Under the pieces are notes generated by a model. The model did no database searches and had not been told where the DNA came from. It saw only the letters and a program-made list of their open reading frames with translations. Shown here piece after piece: positions 1 to 8,196 of a stretch of DNA of 20,000 nt. The translations under genes were made by a program, and so were the position numbers. This DNA comes from an uncultured Rhodopirellula sp. (lineage in GTDB: Bacteria > Planctomycetota > Planctomycetia > Pirellulales > Pirellulaceae). How positions within the stretch are numbered: position 1 is the first letter of the stretch; every line of letters begins with the position of its first letter. The stretch spans positions 61,773 to 81,772 of the forward strand of contig CAXGAI010000019.1 in assembly GCA_964007735.1 (NCBI GenBank). Direction: 5' to 3'.

Positions 1-310
1 AGTAGTCACCGACCTGATCTTCAGACAGTTCATATTGATCGAAATCAGTACTGTTCATGAAGTAGAACGTGTCGGTCTGACGGTACAGAAACTGGCAATC
101 TATTTCTTCGACATCAGCCGCTTCCAGTGAGTCGCCACCTTTGTAAGTGCGATCCAGGACTGTGCCACGAATTAGGTTTCGCAATTTACATTTGTAAAGA
201 GCGTTTCCTTTTCCGGGCTTCACGAAATTCATCTCGATCATTAGATAAGGCTCATTGTCGATTTCGACACGAAGACCTTTGCGAAAATCGTTGGTTTTAT
301 AGCTTGCCAC
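1..310 (-). CDS. efp: Translation elongation factor P (5' part; runs off the left edge)
   Basis: Manual translation from GTG at 310 gives MASYKTNDFRKGLRVEIDNEPYLMIEMNFVKPGKGNALYKCKLRNLIRGTVLDRTYKGGDSLEAADVEEIDCQFLYRQTDTFYFMNSTDFDQYELSEDQVGDY. The KPGKG loop places Lys at position 34 (codon 209-211). An AGGA SD-like motif lies upstream and the gene is divergent from epmB. Not in the supplied ORF track. Confidence 0.97.
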   Translation of the reverse strand, partial: MASYKTNDFRKGLRVEIDNEPYLMIEMNFVKPGKGNALYKCKLRNLIRGTVLDRTYKGGDSLEAADVEEIDCQFLYRQTDTFYFMNSTDFDQYELSEDQVGDY

Positions 311-355
311 GGCTCACTTTTTCCTTGTTGATTGTCAGTTGATTTACTTTTGGGC

Positions 356-364
356 TGGTACAAT
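356..364 (+). promoter_or_regulatory. Candidate extended -10 promoter element (TGgTACAAT) for epmB
   Basis: TG-n-TACAAT about 40 nt upstream of the epmB ATG at 406; no canonical -35 at 17 nt spacing. Confidence 0.4.
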
Positions 365-405
365 CGAGTGATTCAATCCAACTCTATCAAGTGTTTACTA
401 TAACC

Positions 406-1428
406 ATGACGTCTCACTTATCACAGACCAAACCGGCGGCTACCGTAGCGTCGCGAGAGGAGATTTCATGGCAGCAGGAAATGAAGCAGGCGATTCGCTC
501 TTCCGGTGGATTATGCGAGTTTTTAAAGATTCCGCCTGCCGCCATCGACGTGGAGGAGAATGACTTTCCGGTCTTTGTGCCACGTTCGTTTGCAGCGCGG
601 ATGAACCCAGGTGATCCAGCCGACCCGTTGTTGCTCCAGGTTATCGCTCAGGCCCAGGAGTCCTTGCCAATAGACGGCTATGAAAAAGACCCAAATGGAG
701 AGGCGACAGCTGTTCTCGCCGCCGGCGTTCTAAGAAAATATTCTTCTCGTGCGTTGATGATCACATCCGGGGCGTGCGCAGTCCATTGCCGCTATTGTTT
801 TCGTCGGCACTATCCCTATTCGGACAGCCCGTCAGGGCTCGAGCAATGGCGGCAATCGTTGGAGGCCATTGCGCAGGATACGAACATCGAGGAAGTAATT
901 CTAAGTGGTGGAGACCCTTTAGTAATGTCCGACCAGAGTATTGGGCAGTTGCTCAGTGCACTGGCAGATATATCGCATGTAAAGCATGTCCGGTTTCATA
1001 CGCGGACTCCGGTGATCATTGCTTCGCGAATTACGCCAACGCTCCTTCTTTATTTGAAGTCCACCCGATTGAAAGTCTGGTTTGTGATTCATTCGAATCA
1101 TGCTAATGAACTGGACGGGGAAGTTCTTACGAGTCTCGCTAAATTGCAGCAGATTGGTATTCCAGTTCTAAATCAAGCGGTGCTTTTGCGAAGAGTTAAT
1201 GACAGCGAAGATGCGTTGTATGGATTGTGCAAACGATTGATCGATGCACAGATTACTCCCTACTATTTGCATCAACTTGATGAGGTGGCAGGTGCGGCAC
1301 ACTTTTATGTTTCGCCTGACCGAGGAAGAGAATTGATTGCTGCAATTAGGAAGCGTTTGCCCGGTTATGCCGTACCGCGGTATGTGAAAGAGATCGCAGG
1401 CGAACAATCGAAAACAGTTTTAGCATAA
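406..1428 (+). CDS. epmB: EF-P beta-lysylation protein EpmB (lysine 2,3-aminomutase, KamA-family radical SAM)
   Basis: Radical SAM motif CAVHCRYCFRR, plus ILSGGDPL, RFHTRTP, NQAVLLRRVND and PYYLHQLDEVAGAAHF. Size (~340 aa) and divergent position next to efp match EpmB. Start may be GTG 391 or ATG 406. Confidence 0.92.
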   Translation: MTSHLSQTKPAATVASREEISWQQEMKQAIRSSGGLCEFLKIPPAAIDVEENDFPVFVPRSFAARMNPGDPADPLLLQVIAQAQESLPIDGYEKDPNGEATAVLAAGVLRKYSSRALMITSGACAVHCRYCFRRHYPYSDSPSGLEQWRQSLEAIAQDTNIEEVILSGGDPLVMSDQSIGQLLSALADISHVKHVRFHTRTPVIIASRITPTLLLYLKSTRLKVWFVIHSNHANELDGEVLTSLAKLQQIGIPVLNQAVLLRRVNDSEDALYGLCKRLIDAQITPYYLHQLDEVAGAAHFYVSPDRGRELIAAIRKRLPGYAVPRYVKEIAGEQSKTVLA

Positions 1429-1442
1429 GGACAGTTGAGAAA

Positions 1443-2111
1443 ATGGCTTTGGAACGAGTGCTTGAGCCTGAAGTGATGGACACCTACGAAGAGGCACGTG
1501 ACTATGACAGCATGGCCCACCAGGAGGTGAATGCCCTTTTTGTCCAGGACTTACTCGCATCGGGTGAAATTGGAATCGATGTATTAGATGTCGGAACAGG
1601 CACGGCGCAAATCCCCGTCGAACTTTGCCGTCAAAACAAAAAATGCCGAGTCATTGCAATCGATATGGCAGCCCATATGCTCGACCTTGCTCGTTTCAAC
1701 ATTGAAGTCGACGGATTCACGCAGCGGATCTATTTGCAGCAAATTGATGCAAAGGATATGGATTTCGAACAGGACATGTTTGATTGCGTCATTTCGAACA
1801 GCATTATTCATCACATCCCAGCCCCGCGATCAGTGTTACAGGAATCTATTCGTGTAGTCCGTCCGGGAGGGTTGCTATTCTTTCGGGATTTAATGAGGCC
1901 CGAATCAGACGAAGAGGTCTCCAGATTGGTTGAAATGTATGCAGGGGCAGAGAATCCGCATCAGCAACAGATGTTCGATGATTCGTTAAGGGCAGCATTG
2001 AGTCTCGAAGAGATTCGAGAGATGGTAACGAGCCTGGGTTTTCGGGATGATATGGTTCAGGCAACAAGTGACAGACACTGGACCTGGACGGATCGGATGC
2101 AAGATAACTAA
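1443..2111 (+). CDS. Class I SAM-dependent methyltransferase, substrate unknown
   Basis: Motif I VLDVGTGTA, plus IAIDMA, FDCVISNSIIHH and RVVRPGGLLFFRD; starts 14 nt after the epmB stop. Confidence 0.88.
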   Translation: MALERVLEPEVMDTYEEARDYDSMAHQEVNALFVQDLLASGEIGIDVLDVGTGTAQIPVELCRQNKKCRVIAIDMAAHMLDLARFNIEVDGFTQRIYLQQIDAKDMDFEQDMFDCVISNSIIHHIPAPRSVLQESIRVVRPGGLLFFRDLMRPESDEEVSRLVEMYAGAENPHQQQMFDDSLRAALSLEEIREMVTSLGFRDDMVQATSDRHWTWTDRMQDN

Positions 2112-2159
2112 AAGTGCTGGAACTAGTAACTTCAAGTGGGTAAAAAACTGAGCGTTTCG

Positions 2160-2168
2160 TGGTACACT
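2160..2168 (+). promoter_or_regulatory. Candidate extended -10 promoter element (TGgTACACT) for thyA-folA
   Basis: TG-n-TACACT in the 144-nt intergenic region, about 90 nt upstream of the thyA ATG. Confidence 0.35.
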
Positions 2169-2255
2169 ACACGTCATGAAAATCATGGCTTGCAGCGCAT
2201 TTCATGATGGTTGAGATTAAAGGGATTTGCCAGCTCATAGGATGGACTACCGACG

Positions 2256-3050
2256 ATGCAGCAGTATCTAGATTTAATGCGTCGTATTCTGGATGAGGGA
2301 GCGGAAAAAACAGACCGCACCGGCACAGGAACGAAGAGCGTTTTTGGACATCAAATGCGGTTTGATTTGTCGACGACTTTTCCTTTGCTAACCACCAAGA
2401 AACTGCATCTTCGTTCTATTATTCATGAGCTGTTGTGGTTTCTAACCGGCGATACGAATATCAAGTACTTGCATGAAAACAAAGTCACCATTTGGGATGA
2501 ATGGGCAGACGATCTGGGCAATCTTGGACCGGTCTATGGACATCAATGGCGAAAGTGGGAATCTGCTGATGGACGTATTATCGATCAGATCACCCAGGTG
2601 ATTGAGCAGATTAAAGCCAATCCAGACTCACGTCGGCTGATCGTCAGTGCCTGGAATGTCGGCGACATCGATAGGATGGCGTTGCCTCCCTGCCACCTCT
2701 TATTTCAGTTCTATGTAGCCGAAGGCAAATTATCCTGTCAGCTGTACCAACGCAGTGCGGATGTTTTTCTTGGGGTGCCATTCAATATTGCTTCTTATTC
2801 TCTGCTTTGCATGATGATGGCACAGGTTTGCGGATTAAAGCCGGGCGAGTTTGTCCACACATTGGGTGACGCCCATCTTTACAGTAACCATCTTGAACAG
2901 ACAATGTTGCAACTATCTCGAGACCCAAGGAAGTTGCCTCGGATGATTATCAATCCTGAAGTTGACAACCTGTTTGAATTCGCTTTTGACGACTTTGAAT
3001 TAGTTGACTACGATCCGCATCCTCATATCAAAGCGCCGGTGGCAGTGTAA
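2256..3050 (+). CDS. thyA: Thymidylate synthase
   Basis: 264 aa with [25 protein letters not shown], catalytic [26 protein letters not shown] and C-terminal IKAPVAV. Confidence 0.99.
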   Translation: MQQYLDLMRRILDEGAEKTDRTGTGTKSVFGHQMRFDLSTTFPLLTTKKLHLRSIIHELLWFLTGDTNIKYLHENKVTIWDEWADDLGNLGPVYGHQWRKWESADGRIIDQITQVIEQIKANPDSRRLIVSAWNVGDIDRMALPPCHLLFQFYVAEGKLSCQLYQRSADVFLGVPFNIASYSLLCMMMAQVCGLKPGEFVHTLGDAHLYSNHLEQTMLQLSRDPRKLPRMIINPEVDNLFEFAFDDFELVDYDPHPHIKAPVAV

Positions 3051-3052
3051 CT

Positions 3053-3544
3053 ATGTGTGTTTCGATCATTGTGGCGATGGCCGAAAACAATGTGATTGGC
3101 CGGGACATGGACTTACCATGGCATATATCAGCCGATCTTAAACGCTTCAAAGCGTTAACAATGGGTCATCATATCGTGATGGGAAGGAAAACCTATGAAT
3201 CGATAGGTCGATTACTGCCGGGACGAACCACCGTAATCATCACGCGCCAGGAAAATTATCAGGTCGAAGGCGCTCTTGTCGTAAATTCCCTGGAAGAAGC
3301 TCAGGCTGTTGCTGCTGGAGATAGTGAGTTGTTTATTATTGGCGGCGGTCAAATTTACGAACTCGCGATGCCTTCTGCCGACAAGTTACATGTGACTCGG
3401 GTACACACCAAAGTGGATGGTGATACGCGGTTTCCGCAGGTACAGTGGGATAACTGGACGCTTATAAATACCGAGCGTCACTCGGCGGATGAAAAAAACG
3501 ATTACGACTATACCTTTGAGTCGTACCACAAAGTGCCTGCCTGA
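3053..3544 (+). CDS. folA: Dihydrofolate reductase
   Basis: VIGRDMDLPW, DLKRFKALT, MGRKTYESIGRLLPGR, IIGGGQIY and GDTRFP; 2 nt downstream of thyA. Confidence 0.98.
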   Translation: MCVSIIVAMAENNVIGRDMDLPWHISADLKRFKALTMGHHIVMGRKTYESIGRLLPGRTTVIITRQENYQVEGALVVNSLEEAQAVAAGDSELFIIGGGQIYELAMPSADKLHVTRVHTKVDGDTRFPQVQWDNWTLINTERHSADEKNDYDYTFESYHKVPA

Positions 3545-3653
3545 AAAACCGTAATCGCTAGTTTTCAAAGCCGGTTTATAACGTTAATTCGGGCAGTTTA
3601 GGTTGAATTTGCAAGCTCTGGTCACGTTGTGCTCAGTTTTTTGCTTACATTTC

Positions 3654-3677
3654 GAACCTTCGGCGCTATCATGCGTA
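3654..3677 (+). promoter_or_regulatory. Candidate ECF-type (auto)promoter GAAC-N16-CGTA
   Basis: GAAC at 3654-3657, a 16-nt spacer and CGTA at 3674-3677 match the AAC-N16-CGT(A) pattern of SigW/SigX-like ECF promoters. It ends 15 nt upstream of the ATG at 3693. Confidence 0.55.
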
Positions 3678-3692
3678 TATCTATACAGATTC

Positions 3693-4328
3693 ATGCATGA
3701 AACACCGGTGATGCCCATGATGGGTAGTGAATACTCTGACGAGCAGATTCTCGCTCTCTATAAAAAAGAGGGTGATCGCGATCTTTTTGCGCATTTGGTT
3801 CGTCGTTATGAGCGCGAGCTCTACAGTTATTTACGGCGATACATGGGCAATGCTGAAATGGCAGAAGATGCGTTTCAGTCGACGTTTCTTCAAGTTCACC
3901 TGAAATGTGAACAGTTTGATGAAGGCCGCCGTTTCCGACCATGGCTTTACACGATTGCTACCAATCAGGCGATTGATGCTCAGAGAAGAAACAAACGCCA
4001 TCGCATGGCTAGTCTTGACCGAGCTACCAAATCTAACGATGCAGTGGATATCGGAGCCTTAGTTAACCTACTGGAAGGCAACGAAGGTGACCCCTTGGAT
4101 CATGTTGCTGAATTGGAACGTGGACAATGGGTCCAGCAGGCGATTAGCGAGCTGTCGGAACAAATGAGAAGCGTCATTAACTTGATTTATTATCAGGGCA
4201 TGAAATATCGAGAAGCAGCAGATGTGCTGGAGATTCCTGTTGGAACGGTGAAGAGCCGGCTCCACGCAGCAGTGATGAAGTTACATGAGGTGTGGCAACG
4301 CACTCATCAGAAAGAAAGTGGATCCTGA
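3693..4328 (+). CDS. ECF (group 4) RNA polymerase sigma-70 factor
   Basis: Region 2: LVRRYERELYSYLRRYMGNAEMAEDAFQSTFL...FRPWLYTIATNQAID. Region 4.2: LIYYQGMKYREAADVLEIPVGTVKSRLHAA. Start is more likely ATG 3693 (or 3711/3717/3720) than TTG 3603. Confidence 0.95.
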   Translation: MHETPVMPMMGSEYSDEQILALYKKEGDRDLFAHLVRRYERELYSYLRRYMGNAEMAEDAFQSTFLQVHLKCEQFDEGRRFRPWLYTIATNQAIDAQRRNKRHRMASLDRATKSNDAVDIGALVNLLEGNEGDPLDHVAELERGQWVQQAISELSEQMRSVINLIYYQGMKYREAADVLEIPVGTVKSRLHAAVMKLHEVWQRTHQKESGS

Positions 4329-4404
4329 TCATTCAGGCATTCCAAAAACTTCATCTAGAATCAAAAAGATACAGATATAGTTAACTTGTATAGAAGTAGT
4401 CACG

Positions 4405-5382
4405 ATGGAATTTGATTTAGTTGGATTTGTGATGGGTGCTCTCGAATCCGAAGAGCACGCTCAAATAGAACAGGCACTCGAGGATGACGAAGAGCTTCAA
4501 CAGCAGTTGGATTTGATCCGTAAGGCTCTGAGGCCTCTGGAATCATATCGTTACTGCGAACCACCGGCGGGACTGGCCGATGCAACACAAAGCTATGTCT
4601 TTGAGCAGATTGATTTGCACAAGGTGGCCCCTGCGAGTTTCCGTTCGTTTTCGCCGCTCGCTTCCGCTGAGAGAACGGCAGGTAAACGTACGAGTTGGCG
4701 ACTGAAAGATTTCTTAGTCTTAAGTGTGGTGCTCCTTTGTATGGCGATGTTGGTTTCACCGGCTATTTATAACAGCCGTTTTGTTGCAGGTAAGCTGGCA
4801 TGTCAGGACAATCTTCAGCATCTTTACCAGGGAATGCATAACTACTCTCTAACCAATAACGGAATGTATCCAACAACTCCTGTGTCGAATGTCTCCATTT
4901 CAGGTATTCAGGCTCCAATTCTTCGTGAGCAAACGGATATAGAGGAGACTCGGTTTTTCTGTCCGACCGCACCAGAGACTTTCGAGTGGCGTCAGCAGGG
5001 AATACCTGCTGTGCAAACAGTTGTCGATGCGACTCCCGAGACACTCGACAAGCTGGCTCATATGGGTGGCACTTACGGTTATAACATCGGGCATCAGGAT
5101 CGCGGCAAGATTCGCCCTGTACGTCATCAAGGCCGTCCATATTTTGCGTTGATGGCTGATCGCCCGACCGGTGATAGCGTGAGTCGGCGCAGTATGAACC
5201 ACGACGGCATTGGACAAAATGTCTTGTTTGAAGATGGGCATGTAGAGTTTCTTCGGGAAACAAAAGAAAGAACGTTGGGAGATCTCTATTTCGTAAGCGA
5301 TCGGGGACGTGTGGAACCAGGCATGCATATTAACGATGCGGTTATTATGGAAAGTGGCAAACACTTGTTTGCAGATCAATAG
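4405..5382 (+). CDS. Putative single-pass membrane anti-sigma factor with a DUF1559/H-X9-DG-like (prepilin-associated) extracytoplasmic domain
   Basis: Directly downstream of the ECF gene. N-terminus LVGFVMGALESEEHAQIEQALEDDEELQQQL resembles zinc-free anti-sigma domains. TM helix at aa ~103-121, followed by CQDNLQHLYQGMHNY...YP, FFCPT, YGYN and NHDGIGQNVLFEDGHV motifs. Confidence 0.75.
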   Translation: MEFDLVGFVMGALESEEHAQIEQALEDDEELQQQLDLIRKALRPLESYRYCEPPAGLADATQSYVFEQIDLHKVAPASFRSFSPLASAERTAGKRTSWRLKDFLVLSVVLLCMAMLVSPAIYNSRFVAGKLACQDNLQHLYQGMHNYSLTNNGMYPTTPVSNVSISGIQAPILREQTDIEETRFFCPTAPETFEWRQQGIPAVQTVVDATPETLDKLAHMGGTYGYNIGHQDRGKIRPVRHQGRPYFALMADRPTGDSVSRRSMNHDGIGQNVLFEDGHVEFLRETKERTLGDLYFVSDRGRVEPGMHINDAVIMESGKHLFADQ

Positions 5383-5545
5383 AACCGGCAGTTTAGTAGT
5401 CAAAAGAATCTCTAATGGAATGACGGCTTTCTTTAGCGGTTGGAGTTTTCTTGTAAAAATATCGCGCCATATGGATTTTGCGCGCGAATAATTGCTTACC
5501 GAGTTACACCACCTATTTCCTCTTCCTTGGTTCTGACAACGTCCT

Positions 5546-6352
5546 GTGTTTTGCTATGAACAAGTACGATTAGCCGGCTGGATCGCCTTTTCGAGTGAGG
5601 AAGTGTTGTATTCTTTGCAGTCTCTGCATTCGGTACACGCACGTCAGTATCATATGGCACAGCGTCGGAGATACAACTGGTATCTCAGGCAGTTTCTAGA
5701 GTCCGATGCCTCACAGCAATTAGAGATTGCAAGAAGTACGATGATGGCGGAAATTTTAACCAGGATTTGGACTACGATGGTTAATTCCTGGTATTTGAGC
5801 ACCCCAGATATGACGGTTGGACTCGAGGCAGAATCAAATCGCAATTTGTACCTGGCGATCCAGACAGACCATCATTTATTAAAACAGAAGATGCTGGAAG
5901 AAAGCTCAGGGCCTCGCAATCAGCACAAACTGAAAGAGTTTGATCGCCAGTGTCAACGCTGGACGGATCTATTACTTGCGTATATGGGCCAGTTACCGGG
6001 GTCCCAGGCCTTTGGGTATCGTCGTGACCGTATCGATCAACATGTTGAGGATTTGGAGTATCAGATTGATTCAGGACAAGAGCGAGCTGCACGCAAGTTT
6101 ACTAATTTGTCGTTGAAACAAGCTTTTCACAAGAGTCAGCAACCGCCAATGATAGATTTGGAAACAATTTATGATTTGAATAGCCGGTATATCACAACGA
6201 TTGTTTCAAGCCTTGAAGGCCATTTAATTCAAATACCGGATCAGTGGCAGAGTTATTGGGAGCCGCGAGTTTCTCGGGATATTACGCTGGCAGAGCGTTT
6301 AATGCAGCAGTGGCAAAGAGTCGAGCGTGGTGAACAGCACTTTTGGAATTAG
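5546..6352 (+). CDS. Hypothetical protein, probably soluble and alpha-helical
   Basis: 268-aa ORF with GTG start filling the gap between the anti-sigma gene and the ABC ATPase; no signal peptide, TM or recognised catalytic motif. Confidence 0.75.
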   Translation: MFCYEQVRLAGWIAFSSEEVLYSLQSLHSVHARQYHMAQRRRYNWYLRQFLESDASQQLEIARSTMMAEILTRIWTTMVNSWYLSTPDMTVGLEAESNRNLYLAIQTDHHLLKQKMLEESSGPRNQHKLKEFDRQCQRWTDLLLAYMGQLPGSQAFGYRRDRIDQHVEDLEYQIDSGQERAARKFTNLSLKQAFHKSQQPPMIDLETIYDLNSRYITTIVSSLEGHLIQIPDQWQSYWEPRVSRDITLAERLMQQWQRVERGEQHFWN

Positions 6353-8193
6353 GAACTCCTCAGTGCCTTGCGATGTTCGACGAGTCGACGGATGTTGTCC
6401 AGATCATCGCACGGTGTGGCATCGATAAGACTGCGGGTATATTCTTCTCGTGGATTACGGTAGATCGCTTCTGAGGGACCGTATTCAACGATCTGCCCAT
6501 CTTTCATAACGGCCATCATATCAGCCATGAATTTGACGACGGACAGGTCATGGCTAATGAAGATATAGGTCAACCCACGGCTTTCCTGAAGGTCATTCAA
6601 TAAGTTGAGTACCTGTGCCTGTACAGAAACATCCAGTGCGGAAACGGATTCGTCGCAAATAATGAACTCCGGCTCGACGGCCAGTGCTCGGGCGATACAA
6701 ATCCGCTGACGTTGGCCGCCTGAAAATTCGTGAGGATAGCGTTTTAAGTGTTCGGGAAGCATGCCGACTTCCTCTAGTAGTGCGGCTGCTTTATCGATCC
6801 TGTTCTTCTTTGATTCACCAAATCCCTGAATAAGCATAGGCTCGGTCACCATAGCCTCTATTGTCATTCGAGGATTCATGGATCCAAAAGGATCCTGGAA
6901 GATGATTTGAATACTCTTCCGCAGTTCTTTGATGCTAGTGGATGTAATTGGTTCGCCATTAAATGAAACGGAACCACCTGTTGGCCGCACTAGTTGTAAA
7001 ATGGCGCGTCCTGCGGTTGTCTTCCCACATCCGGATTCGCCAACGAGTCCAAGGGTTTGACCTTTGAACACGTTAAACGTGATCCCGTCGACAGCTTTGA
7101 CGTACCCCACGGTTCGTTGAAGAATTCCACGACGAACGGGGAAATGCACCTTTAAGTTGTCGAGAGCTAAAAGTGGCTTGGCTGATTCTTCGATACAAGT
7201 TGCTTCCCGGCCATAAAATGATGGAGCTTCGTCGTAGCCATACCCCTGCAATTCCGACCGTTTGCTAAGTAAACGTCCTCGGCCGTGGTTCTCGAAGTAA
7301 TCCATCCGCTCCGGCCCGACCGTTTTTTCAGTGATCGTTGCGCTACCATCTTTGTGGATTGTTGAATCCATAAAGTCGGAAACAGTCGGTAACCGCTTGT
7401 AGGTCGTGTCTAAGCGTGGACGGCAATTAAGAAGTCCTTTAGTGTATGGATGTTGGGGGCTTTCGTAAATATCGAGAACAGGTCCTTGCTCTACAACCTT
7501 TCCGCGATACATCACCAGTACTTCGTCGGCGATTTCCGCAATCACTCCTAAGTCATGAGTGATAAAAAGGATCGCCATTTGGCGATTGTCACGCAATTCT
7601 CGCATCAAATCGAGAATTTGCTTTTGAATTGTAACGTCGAGCGCGGTTGTCGGTTCATCAGCAATCAACAGCTTGGGATTACAGGCCAAAGCCATTGCAA
7701 TCATCACGCGTTGTTTTTGGCCACCAGACATTTGATGCGGATAGTAACTGATACGTTCTTCCGGATCCGGAATACCAACCTCTTCGAATAGTTCGACAAC
7801 GCGCTGCATGGCATCCTCTTTGGATACTTCCTCATGTTGCCGTATGGCTTCAGCCACTTGATTTCCAACGCGATGTACCGGATTAAGAGACGACATTGGT
7901 TCTTGGAAGATCATACTGACATCACTACCACGCAACTTTCGCATTTCTTTGTTAGAAATGTTGATGAGATCTTTGCCAAGAAAGGAGATCGAGCCGTCGT
8001 ACACTTCTGCGGAGGCAGCGAGCAGATTCATAATGGTCAGCGAGGTGACCGATTTCCCGGATCCCGATTCTCCGACAACACCTAGCGTATGTCCTGGCTT
8101 AATCGATAACGACAAATCGTCCACCGCTTTTACGACACCGTCTTCGGTGTTGAAATACGTCTTCAGATTATCAATTTTTAATACGTCGTTCAT
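6349..8193 (-). CDS. Peptide/nickel-family ABC transporter ATPase with two fused NBDs (YejF/GsiA-like)
   Basis: Two Walker A motifs ([16 protein letters not shown]), two signatures ([16 protein letters not shown]), Walker [11 protein letters not shown] and [10 protein letters not shown], and HPYT. Confidence 0.95.
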   Translation of the reverse strand: MNDVLKIDNLKTYFNTEDGVVKAVDDLSLSIKPGHTLGVVGESGSGKSVTSLTIMNLLAASAEVYDGSISFLGKDLINISNKEMRKLRGSDVSMIFQEPMSSLNPVHRVGNQVAEAIRQHEEVSKEDAMQRVVELFEEVGIPDPEERISYYPHQMSGGQKQRVMIAMALACNPKLLIADEPTTALDVTIQKQILDLMRELRDNRQMAILFITHDLGVIAEIADEVLVMYRGKVVEQGPVLDIYESPQHPYTKGLLNCRPRLDTTYKRLPTVSDFMDSTIHKDGSATITEKTVGPERMDYFENHGRGRLLSKRSELQGYGYDEAPSFYGREATCIEESAKPLLALDNLKVHFPVRRGILQRTVGYVKAVDGITFNVFKGQTLGLVGESGCGKTTAGRAILQLVRPTGGSVSFNGEPITSTSIKELRKSIQIIFQDPFGSMNPRMTIEAMVTEPMLIQGFGESKKNRIDKAAALLEEVGMLPEHLKRYPHEFSGGQRQRICIARALAVEPEFIICDESVSALDVSVQAQVLNLLNDLQESRGLTYIFISHDLSVVKFMADMMAVMKDGQIVEYGPSEAIYRNPREEYTRSLIDATPCDDLDNIRRLVEHRKALRSS

Positions 8194-8196
8194 TCT

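Noticed and set aside
127..342. 71-aa plus-strand ORF in the track
   Set aside because: Antisense shadow of efp; no recognisable motifs.
1443..2111. Methyltransferase as BioC partner of bioF
   Set aside because: It lies 10 kb away, is coupled to epmB, and has no BioC-specific features that I could recognise.
3603..3692. 30-aa N-terminal extension of the ECF sigma from TTG 3603
   Set aside because: It would run through the candidate ECF promoter, has no SD and is not sigma-like; ATG 3693 or later is more plausible.
4400..5403. Three minus-strand ORFs (119, 166 and 167 aa) opposite the anti-sigma gene
   Set aside because: Fully antisense to a motif-supported gene and without recognisable domains.
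5462..5487. TCGCGC...GCGCGA inverted repeat and nearby CCATATGG palindrome upstream of the hypothetical gene
   Set aside because: Only 6 bp with a long loop and no U-tract; compatible with chance.
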